A stretch of 46,385 bases of DNA from Bacillota bacterium (GCA_023458355.1 JAEWZS010000082.1:1-46385); one strand, 5' to 3'; counted from the stretch's first letter, positions 28,158-37,153 are shown. The notes: generated by a model not told the origin, from the letters alone. Numbers and translations are program-made.

Positions 28158-28229
28158 ACATGCGTTACGGTAAAAGCGAACCACCCCACCCCTACGGGGC
28201 ACCCCTCCAAGGAGGGGAATATTCTGCTC

Positions 28230-29066
28230 CTACCTCTCCTCCGCATAGAAATGCCCACATAAATCGGGAAAAGGTCGCATGGGGACTGTGTACGAGAAAA
28301 TCTCCGTGCTATCATCAATTTGCAAACAGTCTACCCAGTATTCGGGGAATGTCAAATAGCCTTTTTCCTTCATATCCGTTGCTGTTGTGACGCCGACATA
28401 GCGCCAATGCCAGGGTTCAAAGTAAAAGCCCGTTATAGCTTCCTTCCCCTCGGGGTAGCTTAAAATGAAACCGTATGTATGCGCGTTTTGCATAAGCCAC
28501 GCATATTCTGCGGTTTTTTCGTATTCGTAATTACGAAGAAGCGTATGCGTCCTGTCCTTAAGCCTTAGGTCAAATGCTAGTCCTGTCTGGTGCTCGGAAT
28601 GACCCGGCCATGCATTCCACATATCAAAAGGATCGTCATTGGGTTTGTTAATGCGGTAACCGCTCTTAATGAATGCACAAAGACCGTCTTTTCCCATCGC
28701 GCGCGCCATTTTTAAAAACGCGACATAGCAATCCAAGCGGAGTGTTACACCCGGCATGGCGTATGCTTCGTTAACAGCAACAAGTGCTCTGGGCTCATAG
28801 CCCTCAGGGAGTGCAAAATGCTTGCTTAGGTACACACATAAGTTCTTAGGATCTTTTACGACATCCGCATTAATATAATTCTCTTCGTAAAGCTTCAGCT
28901 CGAGCACAAGCCGGCGCTCGTAGACTGTAAGCTCCGGATGCTCAGCCACATATTGTGCATACTGCTCCAGATAATCGGGCGGATTTGATATGTGCGCATA
29001 GGCATTTGCGAGCGGCGCTAATAGAACGGCAGCAGCCGCCGCTATTAGCATTAACGTTTTCTTCAT
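28230..29066 (-). CDS. Secreted D-alanyl-D-alanine carboxypeptidase family protein (peptidase M15B, VanY-like)
   Basis: Signal peptide MKKTLMLIAAAAAVLLAPLANAYA. Zn and active-site motifs SGYR, GHSEHQTGLAFDL and EPWHWRYVG are present. Confidence 0.85.
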   Translation of the reverse strand: MKKTLMLIAAAAAVLLAPLANAYAHISNPPDYLEQYAQYVAEHPELTVYERRLVLELKLYEENYINADVVKDPKNLCVYLSKHFALPEGYEPRALVAVNEAYAMPGVTLRLDCYVAFLKMARAMGKDGLCAFIKSGYRINKPNDDPFDMWNAWPGHSEHQTGLAFDLRLKDRTHTLLRNYEYEKTAEYAWLMQNAHTYGFILSYPEGKEAITGFYFEPWHWRYVGVTTATDMKEKGYLTFPEYWVDCLQIDDSTEIFSYTVPMRPFPDLCGHFYAEER

Positions 29067-29083
29067 GTTTGTTTCCCTAAAGT

Positions 29084-30286
29084 TTACTTCTCCGAGAGCA
29101 TAGCGCGGATGATATCGTGGCGCTTTTTCATATCGTCGCTCTTGGAAGCTTTGATAAGGTTCTTATAGCGCTCAAGTGCCATATCGATGATGCCGTCCCA
29201 CGGTACGGCAATGGTTTTTTTGGCGGCTGCACCAAGGGCTTTTAAGCGATCTACATCATGCATATTTTTTAAAAGCACATCGGCAAGGTCTTGTGACGAG
29301 TCCTCGGCTAGAAGGCCGTTTTCACCGTCTGTTACTACCTCCGCTGCACAGCTGCCGCGCGTCAAAACGCTCGGTGTCTCCATGGCGGCCGCCTCGCGCA
29401 GCACCATCGGAGCGTTATCGTAAATGGAGGGAAACACAAAAACCGATGCCCGTTGGTAAAGTCCGTCAAGGAGCGCTGTTTCTTTAAGGTGGCCGGTAAA
29501 TACAGTACTTTCTGTAAGGCCCAATTCCAGCACTTTCGCGCGGATATCCTCCTCGTCAGGGCCCTGCCCTGCAAGTACAAGCCAAAAATCCTCACCGCGT
29601 GACTTTAAAATCGCCGCAGCCTCCAGGATGCGCAAAATATTCTTCTTCCAGTTAATCTGCCCGACGAACAAAAGCACAGGCTTGCCGTCTCCGAGTTGGA
29701 AGCGTTCATTAACGAGCTTTAGGTCTTCTGCACGGCAGTCTCTTATTTCTGTGCCGTTTGGCATCACATGCACTTCGCCCTTAAAGCCGTAATCATGCAG
29801 AACATCCGCTGAAGACTGGCTCACTGCCCATACCTCATCGCAGCGCGAGTAAAAATCCACAACATAGCGCACGCCAAGTGTAGCGAGCACTTTGCCTGTG
29901 CCCTTATAGAAATCGTCGTAATACTTGGAATGGAATGTGCCAACAATCGGTATGTCGCGTTTCATAGCAACGCGAAGCGCCTCTTGCCCCGCCGTGAAAG
30001 GATCATGTGCATGCACAATGTCAAGAGGTACATAGCGCATCCTTTCGAAATAATGCCTGTCGAGCAACGCGATACCCGCACGGTATTGCGGAGAGCCGGG
30101 TACGGTAACACCCGAGAAATCCACGATCTCAAAAGGGAACCTGCCGCGATAGCCCGTATCGTTGGCGGGCGTTATCACATAGCAATCGTGACCCTTAAGC
30201 GATAATGTAACGGCATAGTTATAGACGACGCGTCCTACGCCGTCTACGATTGGGAGAAATGAATCTGAAAATTCACCTATGTTCAA
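29084..30286 (-). CDS. GT4-family (GT-B fold) glycosyltransferase
   Basis: The N-terminus EFSDSFLPIVDGVGRVV and the C-terminal FVFPSIYDNAPMVLREAAAMETPSV (E-x7-E region) are typical of GT4 retaining transferases. Confidence 0.85.
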   Translation of the reverse strand: MNIGEFSDSFLPIVDGVGRVVYNYAVTLSLKGHDCYVITPANDTGYRGRFPFEIVDFSGVTVPGSPQYRAGIALLDRHYFERMRYVPLDIVHAHDPFTAGQEALRVAMKRDIPIVGTFHSKYYDDFYKGTGKVLATLGVRYVVDFYSRCDEVWAVSQSSADVLHDYGFKGEVHVMPNGTEIRDCRAEDLKLVNERFQLGDGKPVLLFVGQINWKKNILRILEAAAILKSRGEDFWLVLAGQGPDEEDIRAKVLELGLTESTVFTGHLKETALLDGLYQRASVFVFPSIYDNAPMVLREAAAMETPSVLTRGSCAAEVVTDGENGLLAEDSSQDLADVLLKNMHDVDRLKALGAAAKKTIAVPWDGIIDMALERYKNLIKASKSDDMKKRHDIIRAMLSEK

Positions 30287-30392
30287 GGCATTTCCTCCTC
30301 TAAAGAGGTCAACTCTATCTATCTTATTTTATCCGTATGTTACCCTTTACACAAGTACCCAAGGCTTATTTGACCATAAGTTTACATCTATG

Positions 30393-31667
30393 TCAAAAGT
30401 CACCGCCGTGTACCTTTACTTTGCAAAAGGGCGTGTAAATTAAAAAATGTCCGACTTGAACAAGCTTCGCATAAAGTTCATCCGTACTGCCGTTTACAAA
30501 ACCGCCCACTTTTAAAAAAGGCTTGCGTCGTACCAAAAGTAAACGTTTGTCGAGCGTTTTTACACCACGTATGGTGTTCACAATTCTGTTTTTCACTTTG
30601 TCGTGTTTATCGTCTGTCGAACCGTTGTACGGCTCTTGCACAAGAACGTCGTTTTCCCCTATCAGCTTGCCGCTTACGGCAGCTGCACCGACTCTACAAA
30701 GCTGTTCCAATAGTGCATCGAGCCAATAAGCGTATACGATTTCCGCTTGCTCATCCATAAACAAAAGTGCATCGCATCGTATTTTTTTAGCAGCAGCATT
30801 GCGTGCTAAATCAGGGTTAAGACCGTTACAGTCTATAACATACACCGCACCGTTTTTTTCAAGCAGGTGTAAATAGGTTTTAAGAGGCTCCATAAGAGGT
30901 ATTGTAACAACGACCGCGATACGGTAATTGTCATAAACGGTATTTTCTTCCAAGCTTTCAAGGAATCTTCGAAGCGCAGCAAGGTGACCGGAAGCGACGA
31001 TGATCACGGCAACGAGAGGGTTCTTTTTCGGTGCTGCCGCAATGCGAAAGCTCCCCTCATACATGCCTTTTGCTACAAATCCCTCCATGCGTTTTTCTTT
31101 TAGGTATGCTTCAATAAACGATCTGCCTAAACGAAAATCCACATCTCCCAAGTGTACGCGGCGCGAATAAAGCGTTTTTTCTATATGCACGATAGAACTG
31201 CTCTTTGCGGCACAAAAAAGAGCGTATTGATACTCGCCGTTTGCATAGTTTTTCTCTACTTCACTACAGCTTTCGTCTATCTCGCGCCGCACTGCCAAAG
31301 GTCGGCCTATACAGTTGTAGCTCAGAAGCGTTATGGGGTTGAACGTGGGCTTACCATATGGTGCATGATGCACGTTGTCAAAGCCCATCACATCCTCATC
31401 GGCAAAAAGCATATCCGGCCAATTGTTTTCTAATGTGGCATCCGCAAGGCAAGTCAGTGCGTCCGGCGTAAGCGTATCTCCCTCGGAAATGTACAAAATA
31501 TAATCGTACGTCTCTCCTTTTGGGTCGTGCCCGAACGCAAAATTACGGTACGTCTGTGCATCAAGCGATTCGGTGGTACGTAAAAGTAAGCCCTTGTTCT
31601 CACTTTTCGTGTCGAGTGCAACAAAAAAGCGCGGCGGGAACTTCATTTCTTCCGTACTCTTTCCCAT
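30393..31667 (-). CDS. Glycosyltransferase-like protein with two GT-A (GT2-like) halves
   Basis: The first half has ESLDAQTYRNFAF ... YISEGDTL (GT2-style SxxxQTYxN and acidic motif). The second half has VAVIIVASGH ... LLFMDEQAEI. The assignment rests on motif resemblance only. Confidence 0.6.
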   Translation of the reverse strand: MGKSTEEMKFPPRFFVALDTKSENKGLLLRTTESLDAQTYRNFAFGHDPKGETYDYILYISEGDTLTPDALTCLADATLENNWPDMLFADEDVMGFDNVHHAPYGKPTFNPITLLSYNCIGRPLAVRREIDESCSEVEKNYANGEYQYALFCAAKSSSIVHIEKTLYSRRVHLGDVDFRLGRSFIEAYLKEKRMEGFVAKGMYEGSFRIAAAPKKNPLVAVIIVASGHLAALRRFLESLEENTVYDNYRIAVVVTIPLMEPLKTYLHLLEKNGAVYVIDCNGLNPDLARNAAAKKIRCDALLFMDEQAEIVYAYWLDALLEQLCRVGAAAVSGKLIGENDVLVQEPYNGSTDDKHDKVKNRIVNTIRGVKTLDKRLLLVRRKPFLKVGGFVNGSTDELYAKLVQVGHFLIYTPFCKVKVHGGDF

Positions 31668-31765
31668 GAATTGGATTGTTGCCGAAAAAGATGGATTCTA
31701 AGCTGATGGTATAATTCACGGGATTATCAAGGGGCGTACCCCGTGACATTCTTCCGGTTTCGGGG

Positions 31766-31798
31766 TTAAAAAGCAGGCGGCCCTGTTAAGACCGCCTG
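31766..31798 (-). terminator. Rho-independent terminator after the surface-protein gene
   Basis: On the minus strand: CAGGCGG-(11-nt loop)-CCGCCTG followed by CTTTTTAA. Confidence 0.6.
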
Positions 31799-31817
31799 AA
31801 TGCTTTGTGCGTTGTGG

Positions 31818-34800
31818 TTATGTGCGCTTGGATTTGCTTTGGCGCATGAGCCATAGGGCGCTTAAGAGTATGCTCATGGAAATGAAAGCAAACCCAATGG
31901 AGGCGGCGGAATCGCCCGTTTTGGGAACTTCCACAATTCCATAGAGCGGTGTATACGGTATTTTCCCCTTTACCAGCATGAAGGGGGAAAGCTCGGCCAA
32001 GGGGCCAAAGCTTACAATGCCGCGCGCGTCCGCCGTGGCAAAAAAGTATTCAAAGGTGCCGTCTGCTTTTTTATGCACCAACGTAAAGCTTTGCCCCGCG
32101 TATTGCGCACCGAGATCAAAGGTAAGGCTCATATCCTTGCCCGCAGGCTTTTTGCCGCTTTTTAGGGAAACATCATAGATGCGCACAATATCGGCTTCAT
32201 CGGCCAGCTTGAAGAAGGCGTTGTAATCACCGCCTTTTGTGAGCGCGGGAGTAAGCAGTAGTTCGCCTTGGCTTAGCCCGCTGCCGCTGAGCCAAATGGT
32301 CGCTTTGGGCTGCGAGGGGTCATTGTAGATTGTAGCGGCTGCGGGCGGAGTATTAGAGCCGCCGCCATTGGAGCCGTCATTGCCAGAGGGTGCCTCATTC
32401 GTTGTGATGTTGAGCGCCGAGCTGACGGTGCCGGGCAGCGCGGTGGCGGTGGCCTTAATCCTGGTCACAAAGCTGTATGCAGTGCTGCTGCTCAGGCTGG
32501 AAAACAGGTTGCTGTTCTGCCAAGTTGCACCGCCATCCTTGGAATATTCATAGCCCGGCATAGCGGTCAGCGTCACGCTATTATAGGTCTTGCTTCCCAG
32601 CGTCGGGGCGTTGGAGGCCACCGGAGCGGCGATGGTGATGACGGTGTGTTCATTTGCCGTTTTGTCCTTTTGGCGAACCTTGACTGTGCCAGCGGCAAAG
32701 GTCAGTCCGGTGGTATTTCCCGCCGCGCAGTCCTGCCATGTGCCGCCGCCGTCCAGACTGTACTGCATATTGACAGTCGTGCAGGTGATCGTCCCGGCGG
32801 CCACGTTACAGCCCACGCCGGTCAAATTAAGAGAGCCCCACGCCGCGGTGAGCACTGGGTAGCCGCCGTTTACGGGGCTGCCTGCGCTGTCGGCCTGCCA
32901 TGTGTTGTAGTCGGCACTTGCTTTATCATTGACCCAGCCGTTCAGGGCGTTCAGCAGGGTATCGGCATAGCTTGCGAGGGTTTGCTCAGCTTCAAACTGC
33001 ACCGCCGTCCCCGCCGTCAGCGTAGTTTTATCGCCGCCAACTGTGCCGCAGCCGGTGATTATTGTGGGTACCGAACCCCACACGTTTCCAATTCCTTTAT
33101 TTGCCGTGCCGTTTAAATAATAGCAATTCTTGACGGTGGCGGTACCGTTGTTCCCGCTGCGGCCAACCACGCCGCCCGCATAGCTGTTACTGGCGTTTGC
33201 CGCCGTTACACTGCCGATGCTGTAACAGTTGACGACGTTACTTTGATAGTTATCACCTGCAATGCCACCGGCATAAGCATAGGAGTCGCCCGTGCCTGAT
33301 GCGGTCGCGCGGATGCTGCCGGTGTTAAAGCAGTTGGTGATGACGGTTGCTGAACTTGCGATGCCCACAAGTCCTCCGGCACAGGCAGTGGTATTGTAAT
33401 CCGGCCCGATGCTCGTCGCGGTGACGTCTGTGTGGCTGCAACAGTTGGCGATGGTACTCCTCGCTGCGTACCCCACAAGCGCGCCGCCATAGCTGCCCTC
33501 CGAGCTGTTGCTGATCTGGACACTGCCCGAAAGGCAGAGGTTCTTGATTGTCGCTTTGGATGTGTGATTGAACAGACCGGCATAGGAATCAGCGCTTGCC
33601 GTCAGCCCTGTGATGCTGTGCCCCTGCCCGTCAAAGGTGCCGGTGAAATAGGGGATGGAGTCGCCTACCGGCGTCCATTTGAAGCCGCTCACATCCACAT
33701 TGTTTGCCAGCAGGATGGTGTAGTCTAGGTAATCTGTGCCACTCGCCGACCAGAAGGCCGCGCCCTTGTTGGTTTTGATGGTAAGGATTTTACTGGTGCT
33801 ATCCAGTACATAGTCCGTGCCGTGGGCTGCGTCTGTCGCATACGCTGCCGCCGTGGGAAGGGGTGAGGTTCCGATGGTATAGTTCACCGCCTCAGAGGTG
33901 GCAGGGGTGTTGTAAATAGAGCCATAATATTCAGCGGTTAGGGAATAGGTTCCCGTGCCGGGAGGCGTCCAGGAAAATATAGCCACGCCAGCGGCGTTTA
34001 GGGCTGCATTGCCGAAGGGCGCTCCTCCGTTTTTAAACATAATTGCCTGCCCGCTGACACCGGGGCCCGGGAAAAAGCCCGTGAGGGTTGCGGTCAAGGT
34101 GACGGGTTTTCCCGCAGTTTGCTGATTTTCGGGCGTTGTTGCCAGCGTAAGCGTAGTCGTGTTGCCGACTACGTTAAGCGTCACTTCGTTGGAGTAAATT
34201 GTGCCGCCCGAATATGTTGCGTAATAGCGCAGCTTATAGGTGCTTCCGGTTTCGGGTGAAAGCACTCCAAACAACCAATTTGACCAATCGCTAGAGTTAG
34301 TGCCGAATTCAACGCATTGCTGCCAGCCTTCCGCTGTAATCGTCGCCTCGTTAGGCGTGATGGTTGGCCTGTAGCTGTCAAGGTCGCTCACCATATAATT
34401 ATGCCCCGCTATAAAGGAAATGGAATCGGAAATCGCCAGCGTGCCGATGACAGGTTGAGACAGAGATGCCGGGGCAATTTGCACAAACTTATAGGTGTTA
34501 CCCACTCCATAAACACTCGTATCGGTGACGTTGACGGAAGCTGCGTCTGCGCCTGATTTATCCGCCGAGGCAGTCGCCGTATGCCCTGAGGCGGTCGGCG
34601 CAACGAATACGCCGCTGACGTTCGTGAAATAAAGTGCGCTTGTGTTTCCTGTGGCGGTAACGGTGGAGGCGGAAATCGTGGTAGAAGGGGCATATGAGGC
34701 GCTTATGCCATAGCTACCGTATTCGCCGTTCCCACCATTTGCGGTAACAGTGGAGTTCTCAATGGAAAGAGAGCCGTTATAAACCTGTATGCCACGGCTA

Positions 34801-35417
34801 AATTGCTTCGTGTTTCCGGCGTTGGCGGTAACGGTGGCGTTTTTAATAGAAAGAGGGCCACTGCTAGCGTTAATGCCGATGCATGGGTTGTTTGAACTCC
34901 CTGAAATCCCTGTAGAGTTGCCCGTCGTAGCCGTTACCGTGCAATTCTCGATTGCCACTCCTTTCGCCCCATAAATGCAAATGTTGTACTGTTCGGACGA
35001 AAAGGGGATGCTGACGGAAAGACTGCTGCCCGCCGTGCCTTTAATGCTCACATTGCGAGCGTAAATCCCGGCCACACCCTTCGCGGAAATTGCACCACTG
35101 CTGATGGTAATGGTGTTGCTCCCGACAAGGTTAATATTCAGATCGCAGGACTCGCCTTGGAAACTTGAAATGGCAGTATTAAGGTAGTCGTACGTTTTTG
35201 TAATAGTCGCGCCGTTTAGCGTCAGGGTGTTGCTATTCGCATCATAAGTGACGATGCCGTCGATGCCGTCGCCTGTCACGTTGCCTGCGTTATCGCTTGT
35301 GACTTCGGTCGAACCCACCCATATGCCGTAGCTTACCGGACTCGCCAACGCCACCGTGGGCAGCAGGGCCAGCACCATGCACACCGAAAGCAGAATACCT
35401 GAAATTCTTTTTCTCAT
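31818..35417 (-). CDS. Large cell-wall-anchored surface protein (beta-helix-like repeats, GLUG motifs, Ig/Fn3-like domains, LPXTG-like sorting signal)
   Basis: Signal peptide MRKRISGILLSVCMVLALLPTVALA. Repeated xxTVTAxxGN segments follow (NCTVTATTGN, NATVTANAGN, NSTVTANGGN, ASTVTATGN). There are four GLUG-type motifs (YGGALVG, CAGGLVG, YAGGIAG, YAGGVVG). The C-terminus has VPKTGD, a hydrophobic stretch and an RQSKSKRT tail. Confidence 0.85.
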   Translation of the reverse strand: MRKRISGILLSVCMVLALLPTVALASPVSYGIWVGSTEVTSDNAGNVTGDGIDGIVTYDANSNTLTLNGATITKTYDYLNTAISSFQGESCDLNINLVGSNTITISSGAISAKGVAGIYARNVSIKGTAGSSLSVSIPFSSEQYNICIYGAKGVAIENCTVTATTGNSTGISGSSNNPCIGINASSGPLSIKNATVTANAGNTKQFSRGIQVYNGSLSIENSTVTANGGNGEYGSYGISASYAPSTTISASTVTATGNTSALYFTNVSGVFVAPTASGHTATASADKSGADAASVNVTDTSVYGVGNTYKFVQIAPASLSQPVIGTLAISDSISFIAGHNYMVSDLDSYRPTITPNEATITAEGWQQCVEFGTNSSDWSNWLFGVLSPETGSTYKLRYYATYSGGTIYSNEVTLNVVGNTTTLTLATTPENQQTAGKPVTLTATLTGFFPGPGVSGQAIMFKNGGAPFGNAALNAAGVAIFSWTPPGTGTYSLTAEYYGSIYNTPATSEAVNYTIGTSPLPTAAAYATDAAHGTDYVLDSTSKILTIKTNKGAAFWSASGTDYLDYTILLANNVDVSGFKWTPVGDSIPYFTGTFDGQGHSITGLTASADSYAGLFNHTSKATIKNLCLSGSVQISNSSEGSYGGALVGYAARSTIANCCSHTDVTATSIGPDYNTTACAGGLVGIASSATVITNCFNTGSIRATASGTGDSYAYAGGIAGDNYQSNVVNCYSIGSVTAANASNSYAGGVVGRSGNNGTATVKNCYYLNGTANKGIGNVWGSVPTIITGCGTVGGDKTTLTAGTAVQFEAEQTLASYADTLLNALNGWVNDKASADYNTWQADSAGSPVNGGYPVLTAAWGSLNLTGVGCNVAAGTITCTTVNMQYSLDGGGTWQDCAAGNTTGLTFAAGTVKVRQKDKTANEHTVITIAAPVASNAPTLGSKTYNSVTLTAMPGYEYSKDGGATWQNSNLFSSLSSSTAYSFVTRIKATATALPGTVSSALNITTNEAPSGNDGSNGGGSNTPPAAATIYNDPSQPKATIWLSGSGLSQGELLLTPALTKGGDYNAFFKLADEADIVRIYDVSLKSGKKPAGKDMSLTFDLGAQYAGQSFTLVHKKADGTFEYFFATADARGIVSFGPLAELSPFMLVKGKIPYTPLYGIVEVPKTGDSAASIGFAFISMSILLSALWLMRQSKSKRT

Positions 35418-35435
35418 GTTATTTTTATCCTCACA

Positions 35436-35654
35436 TTATAATACTTTTTTCGGCCAGTAGCATACGCCCACATCTAAGGAACGGGGCTTGTCCAAATGAA
35501 AATCGGCACATCGGCAATACCAGCATTGCCGTAAGCCCTCCGGTGCACCGGCTCTCGGCTCAAAAGCCGGACAAGCCTGTTTGGGCCACACATTGCCTTG
35601 CGCATTGGGAGCAGAAAGAGGCGTATCTTCCTGCCTGCGCCGAGGATTTTCCAT
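35436..35654 (-). CDS. Possible small Cys-rich protein (72 aa), function unknown
   Basis: The ATG at 35654 lies 9 nt after GGAAGGAG. The product is MENPRRRQEDTPL ... RQCWYCRCADFHLDKPRSLDVGVCYWPKKVL (a CxxCxC ... C pattern). The stop lies 18 nt before the surface-protein ATG. The longer track version (to 35786) overlaps the phosphoesterase gene and is unlikely. No family was recognised. Confidence 0.3.
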   Translation of the reverse strand: MENPRRRQEDTPLSAPNAQGNVWPKQACPAFEPRAGAPEGLRQCWYCRCADFHLDKPRSLDVGVCYWPKKVL

Positions 35655-35715
35655 GCGATCACGCTCCTTCCGGCGAGGACACATTGGCGACAGGGCTTTC
35701 CTCAGAGGTAAGTTC

Positions 35716-37041
35716 CTATTTTCCTCCGCCGACGCTTGCGGCAATATCGGCCACGGAGCCGTTTTCCTCATACTTGTACAGCCCAACAGCGGTCTTTTCG
35801 CCCGTGGTTATGACAGCAAATGTACGCGTGGCTTCGGGATGGTCAGCGTTATGGTCGATCCATGTGCCCTCATTGATATAATATTTTCCGTTATCCATGG
35901 CATAATATGAGGGTACATGCGTATGGCCGAATACGACCACCTCCGCGTTTTCATTGGGATCATCCAGATACTGTACCCTTGCCTGCTGGGCAAAATACGC
36001 CCAGTCCAAGGTTCCCGCAACCGCCTCAAGGAAGCTGTTTTGGAACTTGACCTTGTTGATCGTTTGGCGCTCCGCCCATGTGCGCTGTATGTTTTTAAAC
36101 AGCACAGGCGCGGATATCATACCGTCCGCCTGCTGTGCGGGGTAGAAGTCCAAATAGGTATAGGCATCATCAAAGCCCGCGATGCGCATATCGAATATTT
36201 TTTCCTCAAGGCCTTCGTTGGGCGTCATGCGCTCGGATACGGTTTTGAGGATCATATAATACATATAGGCACCGTATTGATCCGCATTGGATTTATCCGG
36301 CACATTTGTGATCACCGGCAAATCCTTTTCGACCTGCGGCTTTCCTTCGAGCACCCACGTTGCCGCATAGCGGGCATAGAAATAACCGGCGGGGAAAATG
36401 GTATCGTCATTGCCGCAAAGCTCCGCGTTTGTGACCGTATCCGGCGCGGAAAACACATCATAACGGTGGCCGTGCTCGATTACGATCTCGTTTCTGTCGC
36501 CCGTGTAATAAACGCCGAGGCCTTGAGTATCCCGCGCTTGAACAAGGTTGGGGATCGCTTCTTGCAGGATATCCGCAGCGAGCGTCATATCATGGTTGCC
36601 GGGTATGTAAACAAGCTTGATGCCGCTTTTTATCACATTGTTAAGCTCATCGAAAACGGTTTGATTGGTGGCGATCGCGTCTTTATAAAACTGCGCTATA
36701 TCCGTGTAGACGGGGTAATAGACCGGCAAAAACCAATCGTCCAGAAAATCGCCGTTGATCACCAGCTCCCGCACATCCGCGGTGCTTTGCAAGCGGCGCA
36801 AAAACTCGATAAAAAACGGACGGTTTTCGAGCGTTTCGGTATAGCGGTCGTCGATGCCGAGGTGGACATCGCTTACGACGACGATTTTATTGCGCGTGCT
36901 CCCCGCCTCCCACAAAGCGGGTGCAGCATTCGGCGCGCTTGTAGCAGGTGTGCCGCCCTTTTGCGTGCACCCTAAAAGCAGCAGTGCAGCCGAGAGCACC
37001 ATGCAGGCTACGAGCAGCAGCGAGAGAACTCTTGTTTTCAT
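35716..37041 (-). CDS. Lipoprotein metallophosphoesterase (calcineurin-like phosphoesterase family)
   Basis: MKTRVLSLLLVACMVLSAALLLLGC has a lipobox (LLGC). Metallophosphatase motifs are VVVSDVHLG, NGDFLDDW, IPGNHD, EHGHRYD and VVFGHTHVP. The ATG at 37041 follows GGAGGA. Confidence 0.85.
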   Translation of the reverse strand: MKTRVLSLLLVACMVLSAALLLLGCTQKGGTPATSAPNAAPALWEAGSTRNKIVVVSDVHLGIDDRYTETLENRPFFIEFLRRLQSTADVRELVINGDFLDDWFLPVYYPVYTDIAQFYKDAIATNQTVFDELNNVIKSGIKLVYIPGNHDMTLAADILQEAIPNLVQARDTQGLGVYYTGDRNEIVIEHGHRYDVFSAPDTVTNAELCGNDDTIFPAGYFYARYAATWVLEGKPQVEKDLPVITNVPDKSNADQYGAYMYYMILKTVSERMTPNEGLEEKIFDMRIAGFDDAYTYLDFYPAQQADGMISAPVLFKNIQRTWAERQTINKVKFQNSFLEAVAGTLDWAYFAQQARVQYLDDPNENAEVVVFGHTHVPSYYAMDNGKYYINEGTWIDHNADHPEATRTFAVITTGEKTAVGLYKYEENGSVADIAASVGGGK

Positions 37042-37104
37042 AGGTATTTCCTCCGATAGGGCAAGATTTTTTGCAAATTTTCGCATTGAGGATAACCTAT
37101 GAAA

Positions 37105-37139
37105 GCAAAAAAATGAGCCTTTACACTTAAAAGACTCAT
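37105..37139 (-). terminator. Terminator-like hairpin after the histidine kinase gene
   Basis: Minus-strand RNA: AUGAGUC-(13-nt loop)-GGCUCAU followed by UUUUUUGC. The loop is exactly one copy of the 13-bp direct repeat listed next. Confidence 0.45.
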
Positions 37140-37153
37140 TTTTACACTTAAAA
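37120..37153. repeat. Two perfect 13-bp direct repeats phased at 21 bp (LytTR-operator-like geometry)
   Basis: TTTACACTTAAAA occurs at 37120-37132 and again at 37141-37153, an offset of exactly 21 bp. The core ACACTTAAA matches the AgrA-type 9-mer ACAGTTAAG at 7 of 9 positions, with the canonical 12-bp spacer. Confidence 0.45.

Noticed and set aside
35436-35786. The long (116-aa) version of the small ORF
   Set aside because: Its first 44 codons overlap the 3' end of the phosphoesterase gene by 71 nt and lack an RBS. Only the internal ATG at 35654 with GGAAGGAG is plausible, and even that is reported at low confidence.
35917-36975. A 352-aa ORF on the + strand
   Set aside because: It is antisense to the metallophosphoesterase gene, which carries all five phosphoesterase motifs. 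The + strand product has no motifs and an implausible composition.
37120-37153. The direct repeats considered as a CRISPR-like or mobile-element terminal repeat
   Set aside because: There are only two copies, 13 bp each with an 8-bp spacer, and no cas or transposase genes anywhere in the window. The 21-bp phasing fits a regulator binding site instead.
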